Source: Tubiluchus corallicola (taxonomy: Eukaryota > Animalia > Priapulida). From it: a DNA stretch of 64,000 nt. Below the pieces are notes generated by a model. The model saw nothing but the letters and a program-made list of their open reading frames with translations. It did no database searches and was not told the DNA's origin. Position numbers and translations under genes: made by a program. How positions within the stretch are numbered: position 1 is the stretch's first letter; each line of letters opens with the position of its first letter. Positions 50,311 to 64,000 of this stretch are shown here, piece by piece. Location: the NCBI GenBank assembly GCA_030141605.1, contig JAQGDQ010000366.1:169350-233349 (forward strand). The letters run 5' to 3'.

Positions 50311-52400
50311 TATGCGCAACTTCACTTTAAGAGAACTGCGTGTTTAGTCTATGAATGACCACTATACAAGCGATGTTCTTAAGAATTTTTCAAAATTTTG
50401 GAAAACTTCAACAACATGTACGCCGAAATGCTCATTGGAAAAAAAACATGAAAAATCACAGAGGCCATGAATACTGACTGTACGTTACCCACAGCAGGAC
50501 AACACTGGCTCAAAATGACACAGGTAGAAAGAGATTGAATATTTGGAATAAATAAAACTGCCAAACAATTCAACTTCAAATTCAAAACGTGCATTTATTT
50601 CCATGTTAATGATATGAGACAAATAAATATATTTAATCATCATAACGGAAATAGGATGGCGAAAAACTATAAAGGTTAACTAGTCAAGCCAAACAATATA
50701 AATGACAGCGCGGTCTATGCTATGCAATAACGAAACACGCCAATATTAATTATTATATCTGTCGATGCACGATGAACAGCTTCATCTACACAACAGAAAA
50801 TCTGCAAAACGAACATGATTTTATTATTATTAAAAATGTACACATACTAGTTACGCCATATATAACTGCTGAAAGCGTCCTTTACAAAATGCTATAAACA
50901 CTATAATAATTAATTTTTAATTGATGGACCAACAAACTAAAACGTGAAAACGTGACACTAATTTTGCAGTTTGCACAGGTGGAGGAAATCTTTGTAACTC
51001 AAAAAAGCAAACACACATAGTTCACTGAAAGTTTGTTTTTATAATGATTGTTAGTAATTTATTTATTTTTTAGGTAATTATGGTACTGATATTGTCACAA
51101 TATGAAAAAAATATTGTCAAAAATATAGCGACAACATTGTGGCAATTTTTCGTGCTGCTATAACTAATTTTGGGGAGTCTGTACATAGTGCGCATAAATT
51201 TACGTTCCAAGCTGCAAGCTGTGAATAGGGTTCAAGTTAGTCTTAAAAGTAAGTTTTAAAGTATGTTTTAAAAGGAAGCATATGTTGGATGTATAAACTT
51301 TCAGTCATTTTAGTTAGATTTGTGTTTATACGAAAAATCCAATGAAGATTTTCATGGAGAATAATACAAAAATATTCATCAAATAGTTGTTTCATCAATA
51401 GAAATATTATAACGTTCTGGTGGATAGTTTTATTTCTAACATGAAACACAATACAGTTAGTTTTTGGAGAGATTCAGAGAGTTTATTAGTTTTAAACCAA
51501 TTTGAGACTGAAGAAGATTGCAGTGTCGTCTGAAAATTGAGGTAACTGTAATATCCTAATTTTACATAAGTCACTAATATTATAGATTAAGAAAAGTTGA
51601 CCTCTGAGAATCAAGCCTTATGGCACTCCGATGTTTACACTACTTGGGATCACTTATTGTATCTCACACATTGCATGCGATTTTGTTAGATAACTATTAA
51701 GCAATTATTCGCAATACATGTAGCCACATAAAACTATAGTAAGAAAATTGCTTGGTCTACTGTGTCCACTTTGAAAAGATCGCAAAAACACCACCTGTGA
51801 TTGCATTTTTATCTGTAGCATTTCACAAGCAAGTTCATCTAGTTCAAACTTTACTGAAACTTCTGTGTTTTTTAGGAAACCAAGGACCTTTGTTTTCCTA
51901 ATAACTTTCATGGTTCTGTCTGAAAATTTAATTATTTTTGGTGATTGTCAACTATGGCGCATTTTTAGTAATTTACACCAGCTGTAAACTTCGTCCCAAA
52001 GGCTTCAATTCAAATGTGACAAAGCACAACAATATTATTCTAGTAGGATGACACAATAATTATTTACATAATCTTATACTACATTAGAATGTTGCAAAAG
52101 CTAGCATAAATAATTGCAGATGACATTAATGCCACCAAGTGCAAGTTAAAAAGGCAACATCATCACATGACAACTTAGAGAGAATTACAATAATTTAATG
52201 CTCATTTTCATTTTACTGATATGCATATAGCAGCTAGTACTTTTTTGGTGTTCCAAAGAAAATGTTTCCTTAATTCGAAATTTTTAGAAATGAATTCACC
52301 ACAATGAGATCAATGTTATAATTACAATTGAACAGCCATGAAAGTGAAGTAGCATTATGATTGAAGGTTGCGCATTTTTTGCAGATTCTTTTATTATCAG

Positions 52401-52541
<141 letters not shown>

Positions 52542-53185
52542 ATAGGACATTTAAAAATAAAATGTTGTTCGTTTTCTATTTTAGCACCATTACGGGAATT
52601 GTTACTGTAATCGCGTACAGTCTTCCTTGAACTGGTGAGTAACTGCCTCGTCCTAGTCAAGATCATGGTCGCTTGCTCTCAGCTTTGTTATGCACTGCCT
52701 ATGTTTTCATTTTGTACAAGAGTTAAGTAAGGTTAAATCAAATTCTGATAGCGAATCACGGTGCGTAGAGGTCCAGAAATTGGTTTTAATATGTTTTGGC
52801 AACTTGTATCAGTCTGTGAGAATACATACTCACAATTTGGGAACTATAATATAAAATAAAATAAAAATTATTAATTGTCGGCATAATTAGTTATATAATT
52901 TCCAATTATATGTTACCAATTATTAGCTTTTCATAGACGTAGATCCTTCTTCAAAAAACAGCCTAAGCTAAATCCTATACAAATAATTATTGACAAATAT
53001 GCTGCACTTTAATTTAACAGAAATTTTCATAAAGCACTTGATGTAAGGCACTGTAAGTCTTTACATAGAAAAAACGCATAAATAATAAAAAAAATCTGTA
53101 AAATTAATCAAATGTTAAATCCTGTAGGAAAATGCAGAAGACAGCAGACAAAGGAATTTGATAATGATAACAGTGATAACGAAAC

Positions 53186-53352
<167 letters not shown>

Positions 53353-56300
53353 ACTGCCAATGATCAGTGAGTCTTTGGGTCACCAAAATTTTTCAGTCGT
53401 GTTGTGGCTTTGTGGACTGGTGCTGAAGTACTAGTAGATGTTATTGTTGCCCCTTGGCTTGACTGCTCGTTTGCTTTCATATCTGACTTCATAACTGACT
53501 ATGTGAATTGAAAGCTCAAATCACTAGAATGTGTAACCTGAAATGAAAATATTCTGGGTTTGAATCGTGGTTGATTCATAATTCCTCTTTCACTGCTGGG
53601 TAATTATGTACTATGATCTAGTGCTGTGTGGACTTTGCTTTCCCCACTAAGAAAATACTGCTAGCTCGTAATCTACTAGGTTTTTTTGTTAGATGGCTCG
53701 AATTAAGTGCTTGCAGGCATGATTGATGACTAGTATGAGAATTAATTCAGACCTTATTTGGATGTGTAAATTGACAGTTCAAATGACTAGAGCGTGTGCA
53801 TCAAACAACAAGATTCTGGGTTCGTGTTCTGGTTGTCTCACAATAATTATTCTTTTTTCAGCGCCAATTAATTTTCCTTCTGAATTTAACTGTTGGTTTT
53901 ACTTTCTATACCAATAGTACGTTTATGAGAATTATTATTGAGAAGAATCCAAATACTTTGTGAATATACATTAAAATAAAAATTAGCTGTAAATTTACTA
54001 TAGTTATTCAATTAATATAATAGCTGTAATGGGTGTCTGGGTGGAGATATTGAAGGCGAAAAACTGAAACTTCAGTTATGTTGGTTTTGGTCGGAGGAAC
54101 AGTATAAAATTATTCTGGACTAGGTAATGTAATCAAAAACAGGAACAAAATGCTTTATTTTATTACAAAGAAATTTTCAATTCTCGCTAACTGCGTAAAA
54201 ACGAATGCATAGCTGTTTAGAGTTATTATTCAATTGATGTTCTCAATAAAAATTTAAAGCCAGCATTGTCAGTTTTTGTCGATTTTTCAATAAATTTAAC
54301 TTTGCTTGCTTCTGGTTTTGCCGCCTTTCGTCCCATTTTGGTTAGTCGAAGAAGCTGTTGGCGTTGTTCTTTCAATTTTCACTTGTTAAATTTGCTTACT
54401 ATTTTTGCTGCTTTCGTGGAGCGTTTTGATAAAGAACAAACCAAAAACGTATAATATTGTTTCGAGATGTGAAACCATTATTATTTTTTGCTAATACTGA
54501 CCTTTTGAAAACTAAATTTCAATTTCTGGAAGACCCCGTCTAGACAGATCAAGTTAGTCTGGGTTTCACAAATTTATCCTGTCTCTTTGAAAATTAATTT
54601 TTATTTGGTACGTGTAATGAAATTATCGTTTAATACACATATTATTCCTCTCAAGCTTACAGACAGTGAGCGTCCGTTAACAGACGAAACTGTTAGTTCT
54701 GATTTTTGATTGTGAATTGTTATGTTACTCGAGACGTTTTTAGAATTGCTATTTTCGCTGGATGTTTTTAAATTTTCTTCTTCAAAACCTTTGGGAAGTT
54801 CTTACCCGGCTGCTAATAAAATGCATCCTCGAGTAACTTCCATTCTTTCGAATGAATGCCACGCAAAATATTTCAGTCGAATACACTGAAATTGAAACTT
54901 TCGCTCAAATATATTTCACTATGATGACACTTGTTTTGAACTAACCCAAAAGATAATAATCTTCACACTGCTGTTACAAAGTGGCCGTAAAATATTGAAT
55001 CCATAAAATAAAAATTTGGTGAATGTAAAATTCGTGATTGTAAAAGCCACGGCCAACGCTGGACAGACAGGACAGTATGATATAATATGGACAATTGGAC
55101 ATGTGGGGTTGGTCCAACTGCATGATTATGTCTAACAGTTTTATAATTCATTTTACATATTATAATTAGTTTAGTTTAGTTTTCCAAAATGCCATGACAT
55201 TATATACATTGTTACGTAGGTACATTACAATAAACACTTTTTCTACAAAAACAAAAGAAATTCAAAACTTTACAAGATATTCAAATATCGGCTCAGACCA
55301 AAAAGATAAACTTGTAGAGGCCTAAGCTGAAGGCAGAGTGAACAGAAAAAACAACGTGCAAAATAAAATAAATAAGGAGAATGAAATACTAGGGTGATAG
55401 AAATGGCAAGGAATTGACAATGAAAAGTGAATGTGATGATGATGATGAAAGTGAAAATTAGATTCACATGAGAATGTAAGCAAGAGATGTGTCAGCTGAA
55501 TTAATGCAAAAATCAGTGTGGAATCACGCCAGGGACAACAGCCTTAATTATTAGTACTTAGATAGTTTTTGTTTTAATACTTCTTCATCTTTTTCCCTCT
55601 TGTATGACATTTGATAATAATGGTTACCATATATTATACAAAAATATGTTTTTAAGCACCTGAAATCATGCAACTTTGTCTGTTCTAGAATTTAGGTTAT
55701 TATTTATTGTAAAATACTTTAGACTTATCTTATAATTAAAAATGACATGTTTACATTTCATATGGTTATGTAAAGAGTTCCAAATTAAGGGTTCATAAAA
55801 TCTGATGAATATTTAGCAACATTAGTGCAGACATGTGTAATATATACTGGTTATACTATGTATATTGTATTTTTTACTTCAAATTCGATTTAAATCTAAA
55901 AGTATAAATTCGAAAAACTCGTCATTTTACCCACAAACATTCTTTATCATTGAAACGTTTGAAACAGCGTGCAATTAGCACAATTTAGCCGCAGTTTCTG
56001 TGCTAAATTTTTAACAAACTATTAGTGGTTTTACCACAGAACAAATTCAAATAATGTGCATGATCTTTGTAAGACCACTTTATACTAGTGATTCGAAAAC
56101 TTGTTTGAAAGTCTTTCAAACTCAATTAAAATTTGATTCCAATTTGAAATACTGAAATTCAGTTCGATTCGAGTTCGAAAGTCGCAAATTTGATTCAATT
56201 CGAATTCCCTTTCCGGTAGAGAATGTTCGCCCCTAATCCCTATGCAAACTGGTGAAATTAAAAGAATTTCACTTGCCGTAATTACAGACAAATTCTTTTC

Positions 56301-56359
56301 ACATCCAGCAGTTTTGGCTTAAAGTGAAAACTGACTGTTTCACTTTGCTTGAAAAATTT

Positions 56360-56772
56360 GTTAGTGTGCACTAGCACTGCTCTAAATGCTGCTAAATTTG
56401 CAGATTAGTGACTTTACACTTACACCAGACCTGTGACACTGTTTAGTGTGCACTAGCGCCACTCTAAATGCGGCTAAATTTGCAGATTAGTGACTTTACA
56501 CTTACAGCAGACCTGTGACACTGTTTAGTGTGTGCTAGCGCCACTCTAAATGCTGCTAAATTTGCAGATTAGTGACTTTACACTTACAGCAGACCTGTGA
56601 CGCTGTTTAGTGTGCACTAGCGACACTCTAAATGCTGCTAAATGGGCAGATTAGTGACTTTACACTTACAGCAGACCTGTGACGCTGTTTAGTGTGCACT
56701 AGCGACACTCTAAATGCTGCTAAATGGGCAGATTAGTGACTTTACACTTACAGCAGATCTGTGACACTGTTT
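56360..56772. repeat. 82-bp tandem repeat, 5 copies
   Basis: TTAGTGTG at 56361, 56443, 56525, 56607 and 56689. Confidence 0.95.
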
Positions 56773-58281
56773 TCCATTTTCGTTACCGATAAGTTGTCTT
56801 TGTTAGGAGAAAATTTTCACGAGATGCGGTTTCAGTTGTTTATTAATGCTTTGCTAGAAATTCCACATCAATTGAGATTCATCTAATCTAGTGCTGCATT
56901 CTATACGCATAGTCCTTGAAGAAGTTAGCCCTGTTGTTTTAGTTTTTTTCACAGATTACGCAGACACGGCAAAAAATGTGGTACTGAGGGGGGAATTCGA
57001 CAAATATTTTGAAATACGGTTATCATCTAATTTACTGTTATTATCATTTTACAGTAAATAAATAAATATGTTTTATTTACTAATTGATGCAATTTGTTAT
57101 TTAATAACAAATACCTATGACGTACAGGGTGTTCCAGTAGAAACATTGCAGTAGAGATGAGCTAATACACTGAAATATGAAATCACAATGAAATATTGTC
57201 GGGTGTGAACTTGTTTAATAAGAGATTATACATACTATAATAAGTGCTGAAGGTATGCGCCATTGACTCGCAAACATGGTTTAGAGCAGCTCTGCATGTT
57301 ATGAAAAACATGGTGCACTTCGTTAAGTTGGATGCTTTGAATAATACTTGTTGTTTTGTTCAAAATGAACCCGAACTTCTGCATTGAGACACCAAATGAT
57401 GCAAAAATAATATTGGACTGATTTCGACTCAGTGGGTCGAACTCCAAGATGGCATTGCGCGGTCTTGATATTGCGCATCATGAAGATCCGTTTTACTATC
57501 TTTGTGTAACCGATTACTTAACTACAAATGTCAATGTTAATTACAAATGTTATGCTAATTAACTAAGTTAATGTCTGTAAACTAGTACCTTATACCTGTT
57601 ATAGCATGTCATTTAACACTCATAAAATAAAATACACAAAAACTACTACACTGTATGGAGTTTATTATCAGCACTAATAAAAATAGGGAACAAAATACAC
57701 GTGCACAAAAAATAACTAACTAACTCAGCAACAGCACTACACCCGAGGAGCACCTGTGCCAGAAATCAAAGCTGTAGTGACCTCTACACGCTTTTATACT
57801 GGCATTCCAGGTCAACTGGCCTCTCACGCCATCTGTAGGCCCAAACAAGACGTCTGGACCTACAAGAAAGGGGTGAGTCGCTGCTGACGCGGAAGCAGGG
57901 CGTGTAGAGGGCCCTACACCTGACCCGACACAGGTGCCTCCGTAACAATATTATATTTAGGTAACTCCAACGTGCCTACCACGTATCCTGGTTTTTGTAC
58001 ATTCAATATAGCACTGCACTGTTTTTTCTGGAACATCTTGTGCGAACTTGCAAAGTGCAAATTTTGCTAACATAACAGTAAACAAAGGTGATTCTTTCTT
58101 AAGACTGGTCAACCTGTATTTTCCGTGGTGATGCAATAACAATGTATTATTTATTTACTTGTGTATTTTAATTATTAAATATCCATTTTTTGTTTTTCGA
58201 TTAGGACTACGTCGCGTCTACAGCCGTCATTTGTAACACCATTTCCTATTTGCTGTAAGTAGTAACATAAAACAAGTGAGC

Positions 58282-58351
58282 ATGCAGCGAAATACTGACG
58301 ATGCAAAGGAAACAGTTGATCATACATTACTCAACAAACCCGTATTGGGAG
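58282..58351 (+). CDS. ZNF800: ZNF800-like zinc finger protein, first coding exon
   Basis: Encodes MQRNTDDAKETVDHTLLNKPVLG with a phase-1 GTAGGT donor that is in frame with the next exon. D..LL..P resembles the ZNF800 N-terminus. Acceptor at 58203-58204. Confidence 0.7.
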
Positions 58352-58500
58352 GTAGGTTCAAAAATTCAGATAAGGTATCAGTTTTACATGGGATACAAAT
58401 GCAAGTAGACAGGCTTTCAGTGTTGCTTTTTCAATGTAAATCTGGTCGGGAACAATTAAGCACTTGTCTTTGAAGAGGAAGCAATGAGACTTGTAAAGTA

Positions 58501-58848
58501 CAGTCAACCTCGGATGCAAGGGACACCTCCGGACCGGAAAAAATATATCCGATGTCCCTTATAGCTGAAGTTGAGTCGCAGGAAACCGAGCTGCCCGAAG
58601 GCCGAGTTTGCGAAAAATTGAGGTTAAAAATCGATTAATTTTGCTTTGATCATGGGATCACTTATATGCGAGGTAATTTACCTGGGTTTCTATTATGCGG
58701 GACCTGAAGATATCGTCCCTTGTAACCAAAAGTCCCTTATATGCAAGTAAGTTATATATGAAGATTTTTATAAGGAAAACATTATGAAAAATCGGGACCA
58801 GTGTTGATGGTCCCTTATAAGGTAGTACCTTATACCCGAGGTTGACTG
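58501..58848. mobile_element. Tigger/pogo-like MITE
   Basis: TA|CAGTCAACCTCGG ... CCGAGGTTGACTG|TA. Confidence 0.88.
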
Positions 58849-59458
58849 TATATACCTTTTTGGTGCAAAATTCTATCATGTACCTGTTTGTAAAAAGACT
58901 TATGTAATTTGAAATACTTAATAATTTAAAGTATTCCTTTCCAGCTGGTAAGACAGCGCTGCATCACCATCCCAGTGTGCACCACTGACTCACCAAGAAA
59001 CACATTTTTGACCTTACTGACAATACTTTATAATTTATAATTTGCTTTGTTAGAGAAGCGTGTGCTAGGAAAGCCCTGATTTTTTCAAAATTTACACTAA
59101 CTTACTTAAACTTACCGTTAAAGTGGCTGCGCCTAATGGCCATGGTAGGAGTTTATACGTTTAAAAGTTTTATACAGCGTTACTGGTAATGCAAGCTCTC
59201 TATGCAATAAGACAGAGCATTTAAGTGACGTAAGATTTCAAGACAAATGTTTTAAGGTTTATTTAAGAAGAGGGTTTTCTAATTTTCTAATGTTCTTGTG
59301 CTTTAAACAAAATTTATTGTGAATCAATAATATATATATATTATTGTTCTCATAAAAAACGTGCAGCCTTTATATGATTCTCATACTTCGTTGCATTCTC
59401 ATACACCATTTTGTTTACTTGTGCCTAATTAAGTAAGTTTGAGGAGTGCTATTATTGT

Positions 59459-59824
59459 TCGGGCTGAGCGGCGATCTTTCAAATTCGATTCAAACGAATT
59501 TTTGGAGTTCGAATTCGATTCGAACATAAATTTAGGATTCGAATAGTTCGGGACTTCAGCTGCATACATTCTTCGTCGTTAAAGTGTTTGAAAGATCAGG
59601 TAACCAGTACAATTTAGCTGAGATATCTGTGTAAAATTTCGGACGAATTATTATTGTTTTACTGCATAATGAAATCAAGCAATATGCACGATCTTTGTGG
59701 GAATGCCTTTTATTAGTGATTGAAATATTTATTTGGAAATCTTTAAAATTGAGTCTGAATTCAATTCGGATTCGAAATTCGGTTTGATTCGAATTTGCTT
59801 GCTAGTGGAGAATACTCATCCCTA
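59459..59824. mobile_element. hAT-type MITE rich in TTCGAA motifs
   Basis: TCGGGCTGAG ... CTCATCCCTA termini; 8-bp TSD ATTATTGT/GTTATTGT. A related copy lies at ~55880-56234. Confidence 0.7.
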
Positions 59825-59865
59825 GTTATTGTCAATGAACGGGAAAATCTTTTCTTGTTCTTCAG

Positions 59866-60143
59866 GCAGTCCGTCATTAAAACACATTGTGAACGGAGTT
59901 TTGCACGGTACGACGGAAGTTCGAAATCTCCTGCTGTACGAATGCTCCGTCATCTACGAGTGTTGCGTATGCAGCAGTCTGTTCCGCGGACTGCCGAATT
60001 TTGTAGCGCACAAGCGGGTGTACTGCCCGGAGAGTTACCGCGCTCAACGGCCAATCAGGCTTGCGGAAACGTCATGCGAAGAATCGGTGACTGTCGTAGA
60101 CCCCAAAGCTCCCGAGGAGCAAAAGAGGGAATCTCCAAAATCG
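59866..60143 (+). CDS. ZNF800: ZNF800-like zinc finger protein, second coding exon (gene continues beyond identifiable sequence)
   Basis: [41 protein letters not shown] matches the recalled ZNF800 first finger ([26 protein letters not shown]). Boundaries TTCTTCAG and GTATGT. Confidence 0.82.
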
Positions 60144-60157
60144 GTATGTCTTGTTAA

Positions 60158-60484
60158 GCCTTTCATACCCATTGTATCCCGTGGGATACAAGAACGTTTC
60201 TTACCTTTAAAATTAATAAAATTTTAAAACTGACAGTTAAATATCTATTAATAGTTATTTTGATTTAAGCCAATAAAAACAGACTAAAAATAGTGATAAA
60301 ATGGCAAACTAGAAAATCTACATAGCATGTAGATCAGCATAGCATGCATACTAAATGTCTTAAATACTTTTAAAAAATAATAGGAAAAAACAATTATTAT
60401 GTGTAAACAAGATGGACCTACTGAACAAAAGTACCAAGCCAAAATATATTTTCTTTTTAAAAAAATAATTTGGGACTGAAAGAG
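60158..60484. mobile_element. piggyBac-like MITE just downstream of the exon donor
   Basis: TTAA|GCCTTTCATACCCA ... TGGGACTGAAAGAG|TTAG; homologous to 18691-18862. Confidence 0.7.
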
Positions 60485-61146
60485 TTAGGACGTCACGACG
60501 GTATTTATGCGTACTCAAGGTTTATAATGTTCATATAGCATGTGGCATGGCATTTTGGGTGGTTGAAATGCTGCAGTTTTTGTTATGTACAATGCTATGT
60601 GTATTCTGGGAAGTGGTGCTGAGAAGACACTAGTTGTTCGTTTTCGGGGAAGGTTGAATGTCTGATATCCCTGGACACAACCTCTAGTTGTTTTTGATGT
60701 GTTCTGTACTTTATCAGCGATAATACATCATTATAAATCTAAAAATGAACTAGTTTTTTTCTTATACTTCATACATTTTTAAGTTTTTTCACCGGAAGAT
60801 GGCCCATAGCAATAGCTTGAAACGTCATGTCTTTTGTTTCTTTAATCTGGTTTTTTATTTATATTAATGCTTCCCATGTTACACCATGACCGTATGGTGC
60901 TGTACCTAAACATTAAATTTAACTTCTACCTTAACCTCAAAGATTTTTTTGTATGTTTTTATCTAACATTAATTTTTCTATTGCGTTGTTTAAAATTCAA
61001 TTCGAATGTACACATAATGAGATAAGCACAGTATATTTATTGTAATTTCACAATGTGACATCTAAAAACAGTGAAGACGATTTGTTTCTTGGTTTCAAGA
61101 AAGGTTTCCCATGTTACATTAGCTTTAAACTTTCCATATACTAGTT

Positions 61147-61481
61147 GTAGACATTTGGCAGGCAGAATTCTAAAATAAAAGAAATCTGCCTTCAGATAGG
61201 TAAACGCAGCAGTAATCCAGCAAAAAACTAGACACTGCTACGCCAGTGGCTTGTCAGCACCACTTCTGTTAAAATATTTGCCCAATGTCTACAATAGACG
61301 TGACGGGCGTATGATGATGATGATGATATACTAGTTAATTGGAACTGGTGCTGACATACCACTGGCATAGGAGTTTTTTGCTGGATTACTGGTGCGTTTG
61401 CCTGTCTTGAGAGCAGATGTATTTATTTTAGATTTGATATTTTAGTGTTTGCCCAACAGACATGATGGACATATGATAACG
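61147..61481. mobile_element. Two adjacent retroposon 3' fragments, the first partly inverted
   Basis: TSD ATATACTAGTT at 61136-61146 and 61326-61336; (GAT)n tail; ~61170-61266 is an inverted homolog of ~61341-61431. Confidence 0.6.
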
Positions 61482-61678
61482 TACTAGTTACTGGCGCATT
61501 ATGTGTTTATATAGTGTTATGCAATGTTCAATTTTATGCAACTTGTACAATGTTCAAGCAAAAATAGCGCAAAATTAGCTACCTAATTTTTTTGGCAAAA
61601 ATTGTTAGTGCGCTGCTTTTCTTCAGCCAATGAACGATATCATTGGTGGAAGAATGGGCGTGAAATGATCGCGACTTT

Positions 61679-64000
61679 AAAGTAATTTTAGTAATTACAC
61701 GAGGCGCTTATCACACTTTTATTACTAAACCCTTCGAACATTGAAATCATCCTAACTTCCCAGAAGGATTGACTTTTCTTTTAAACGAAAGATTTCTACA
61801 CATGCGTACTGTAAAGTGATTTTACTAATTACACGAGACGCTTATCACACTTTTATTATTAAATCCTTCGAACATTGAAATCATCCTAACTTCCCAGAAG
61901 GATTGACTTTTCCTTTAAACGAAAGATTTCTACGCATGCATACTGTAAAGTAATTTTACTAATTACAGGAGGCGCTTATCACACTTTTATTATTAAATCC
62001 TTCGAACATTGAAATCATCCCAACTTCCCAGAAGACTTGACTTTTCCTTTAAACAAAAGATTTCTACACATGCGTACTGTAAAGTGATTTTACTAATTAC
62101 ACGAGACGCTTATCACACTTTTATTATTAAATCCTTCGAACATTGAAATCATCCTAACTTCCCAGAAGGATTGACTTTTCCTTTAAACGAAAGATTTCTA
62201 CGCATGCATACTGTAAAGTAATTTTACTAATTACACGAGGCGCTTATCACACTTTTATTATTAAATCCTTCGAACATTGAAATCATCCTAACTTCCCAGA
62301 AGGATTGACTTTTCCTTTAAACGAAAGATTTCTACGCATGCATACTGTAAAGTAATTTTACTAATTACACGAGGCGCTTATCACACTTTTATTATTAAAT
62401 CCTTCGAACATTGAAATCATCCCAACTTCCCAGAAGACTTAACTTTTCCTTTAAACAAAAGATTTCTACACATGCGTACTGTAAAGTGATTTTACTAATT
62501 ACACGAGACGCTTATCACACTTTTATTATTAAATCCTTCGAACATTGAAATCATCCTAACTTCCCAGAAGGATTGACTTTTCCTTTAAACAAAAGATTTC
62601 TACGCATGCATACTGTAAAGTGATTTTACTAATTACACGAGGCGCTTATCACACTTTTATTATTAAATCCTTCAAACATTGAAATCATCCTAACTTCCCA
62701 GAAGGCTTGACTTTTCCTTTAAACGAGAGATTTCTACGCATGCATACAGTAAAGTGATTTTACTAATTGCACGAGGCGCTTATCACACTTATTATTAAAT
62801 CCTTCGAACATTGAAATCATCCTAACTTCCCAGAAGACTTGACTTTTCCTTTAAACAAAAGATTTCTATGCATGCATACAGTAAAGTGATTTTACTAATT
62901 ACACGAGGCGCTTATCACACTTTTATTACTAAATCCTTCTAACATTGAAATCATCCTAACTTCCCAGAAGGCTTGACTTTTCCTTTAAACAAAAGATTTC
63001 TATGCATGCATACAGTAAAGTGATTTTACTAATTACACGAGGCGCTTATCACACTTTTATTACTAAATCCTTCTAACATTGAAATCATCCTAACTTCCCA
63101 GAAGGCTTGACTTTTCCTTTAAACAAAAGATTTCTATGCATGCATACAGTAAAGTGATTTTACTAATTACACGAGGCGCTTATCACACTTTTATTACTAA
63201 ATCCTTCTAACATTGAAATCATCCTAACTTCCCAGAAGGCTTGACTTTTCCTTTAAACAAAAGATTTCTATGCATGCATACAGTAAAGTGATTTTACTAA
63301 TTACACGAGGCGCTTATCACACTTTTATTACTAAATCCTTCTAACATTGAAATCATCCTAACTTCCCAGAAGGCTTGACTTTTCCTTTAAACAAAAGATT
63401 TCTATGCATGCATACAGTAAAGTGATTTTACTAATTACACGAGGCGCTTATCACACTTTTATTACTAAATCCTTCTAACATTGAAATCATCCTAACTTCC
63501 CAGAAGGCTTGACTTTTCCTTTAAACAAAAGATTTCTATGCATGCATACAGTAAAGTGATTTTACTAATTACACGAGGCGCTTATCACACTTTTATTACT
63601 AAATCCTTCTAACATTGAAATCATCCTAACTTCCCAGAAGGCTTGACTTTTCCTTTAAACAAAAGATTTCTATGCATGCATACAGTAAAGTGATTTTACT
63701 AATTACACGAGGCGCTTATCACACTTTTATTACTAAATCCTTCTAACATTGAAATCATCCTAACTTCCCAGAAGGCTTGACTTTTCCTTTAAACAAAAGA
63801 TTTCTATGCATGCATACAGTAAAGTGATTTTACTAATTACACGAGGCGCTTATCACACTTTTATTACTAAATCCTTCTAACATTGAAATCATCCTAACTT
63901 CCCAGAAGGCTTGACTTTTCCTTTAAACAAAAGATTTCTATGCATGCGTACAGTAAAGTGATTTTACTAATTACACGAGGCGCTTATCACACTTTTATTA
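61679..64000. repeat. 134-bp satellite, at least 17 copies, runs off the window edge
   Basis: AAAGTGATTTTACTAATTACACGAGG recurs every 134 bp (for example 62883, 63017, 63151). Confidence 0.98.

Noticed and set aside
57505-57947. Possible minus-strand solo LTR (TG...CA, TATAAAA, AATAAA)
   Set aside because: No matching TSD was found and the left boundary is ambiguous, so it was not called.

Overview
AT-rich, repeat-dense invertebrate (metazoan) genomic window. It holds four host genes: a four-exon ARF6 (+, 175 aa) whose first coding intron is a minor-spliceosome (U12-type GT-AG) intron; a two-exon heterotrimeric G-protein gamma subunit (-, 65 aa, absent from the ORF track); a mitochondrial folate/FAD carrier SLC25A32 with an intronless CDS (-); and the first two coding exons of a ZNF800-like gene (+). 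The rest is nested TE debris (Gypsy, BEL/Pao, hAT, Tigger/pogo, TTAA Kolobok/T2-like and piggyBac-like MITEs, CR1/RTE fragments, a solo LTR) and many minisatellites. The top findings are: a ~475-bp internally deleted RTE element with TSDs whose 5' end falls exactly at the cleavage site of a twister ribozyme; satellites built from the termini of one TTAA-MITE family; an 82-bp array carrying CTCF-like motifs between convergent genes; and a covarying LINE 3' stem-loop. All calls were made by eye, with no database searches; TE boundaries without TSDs are approximate.
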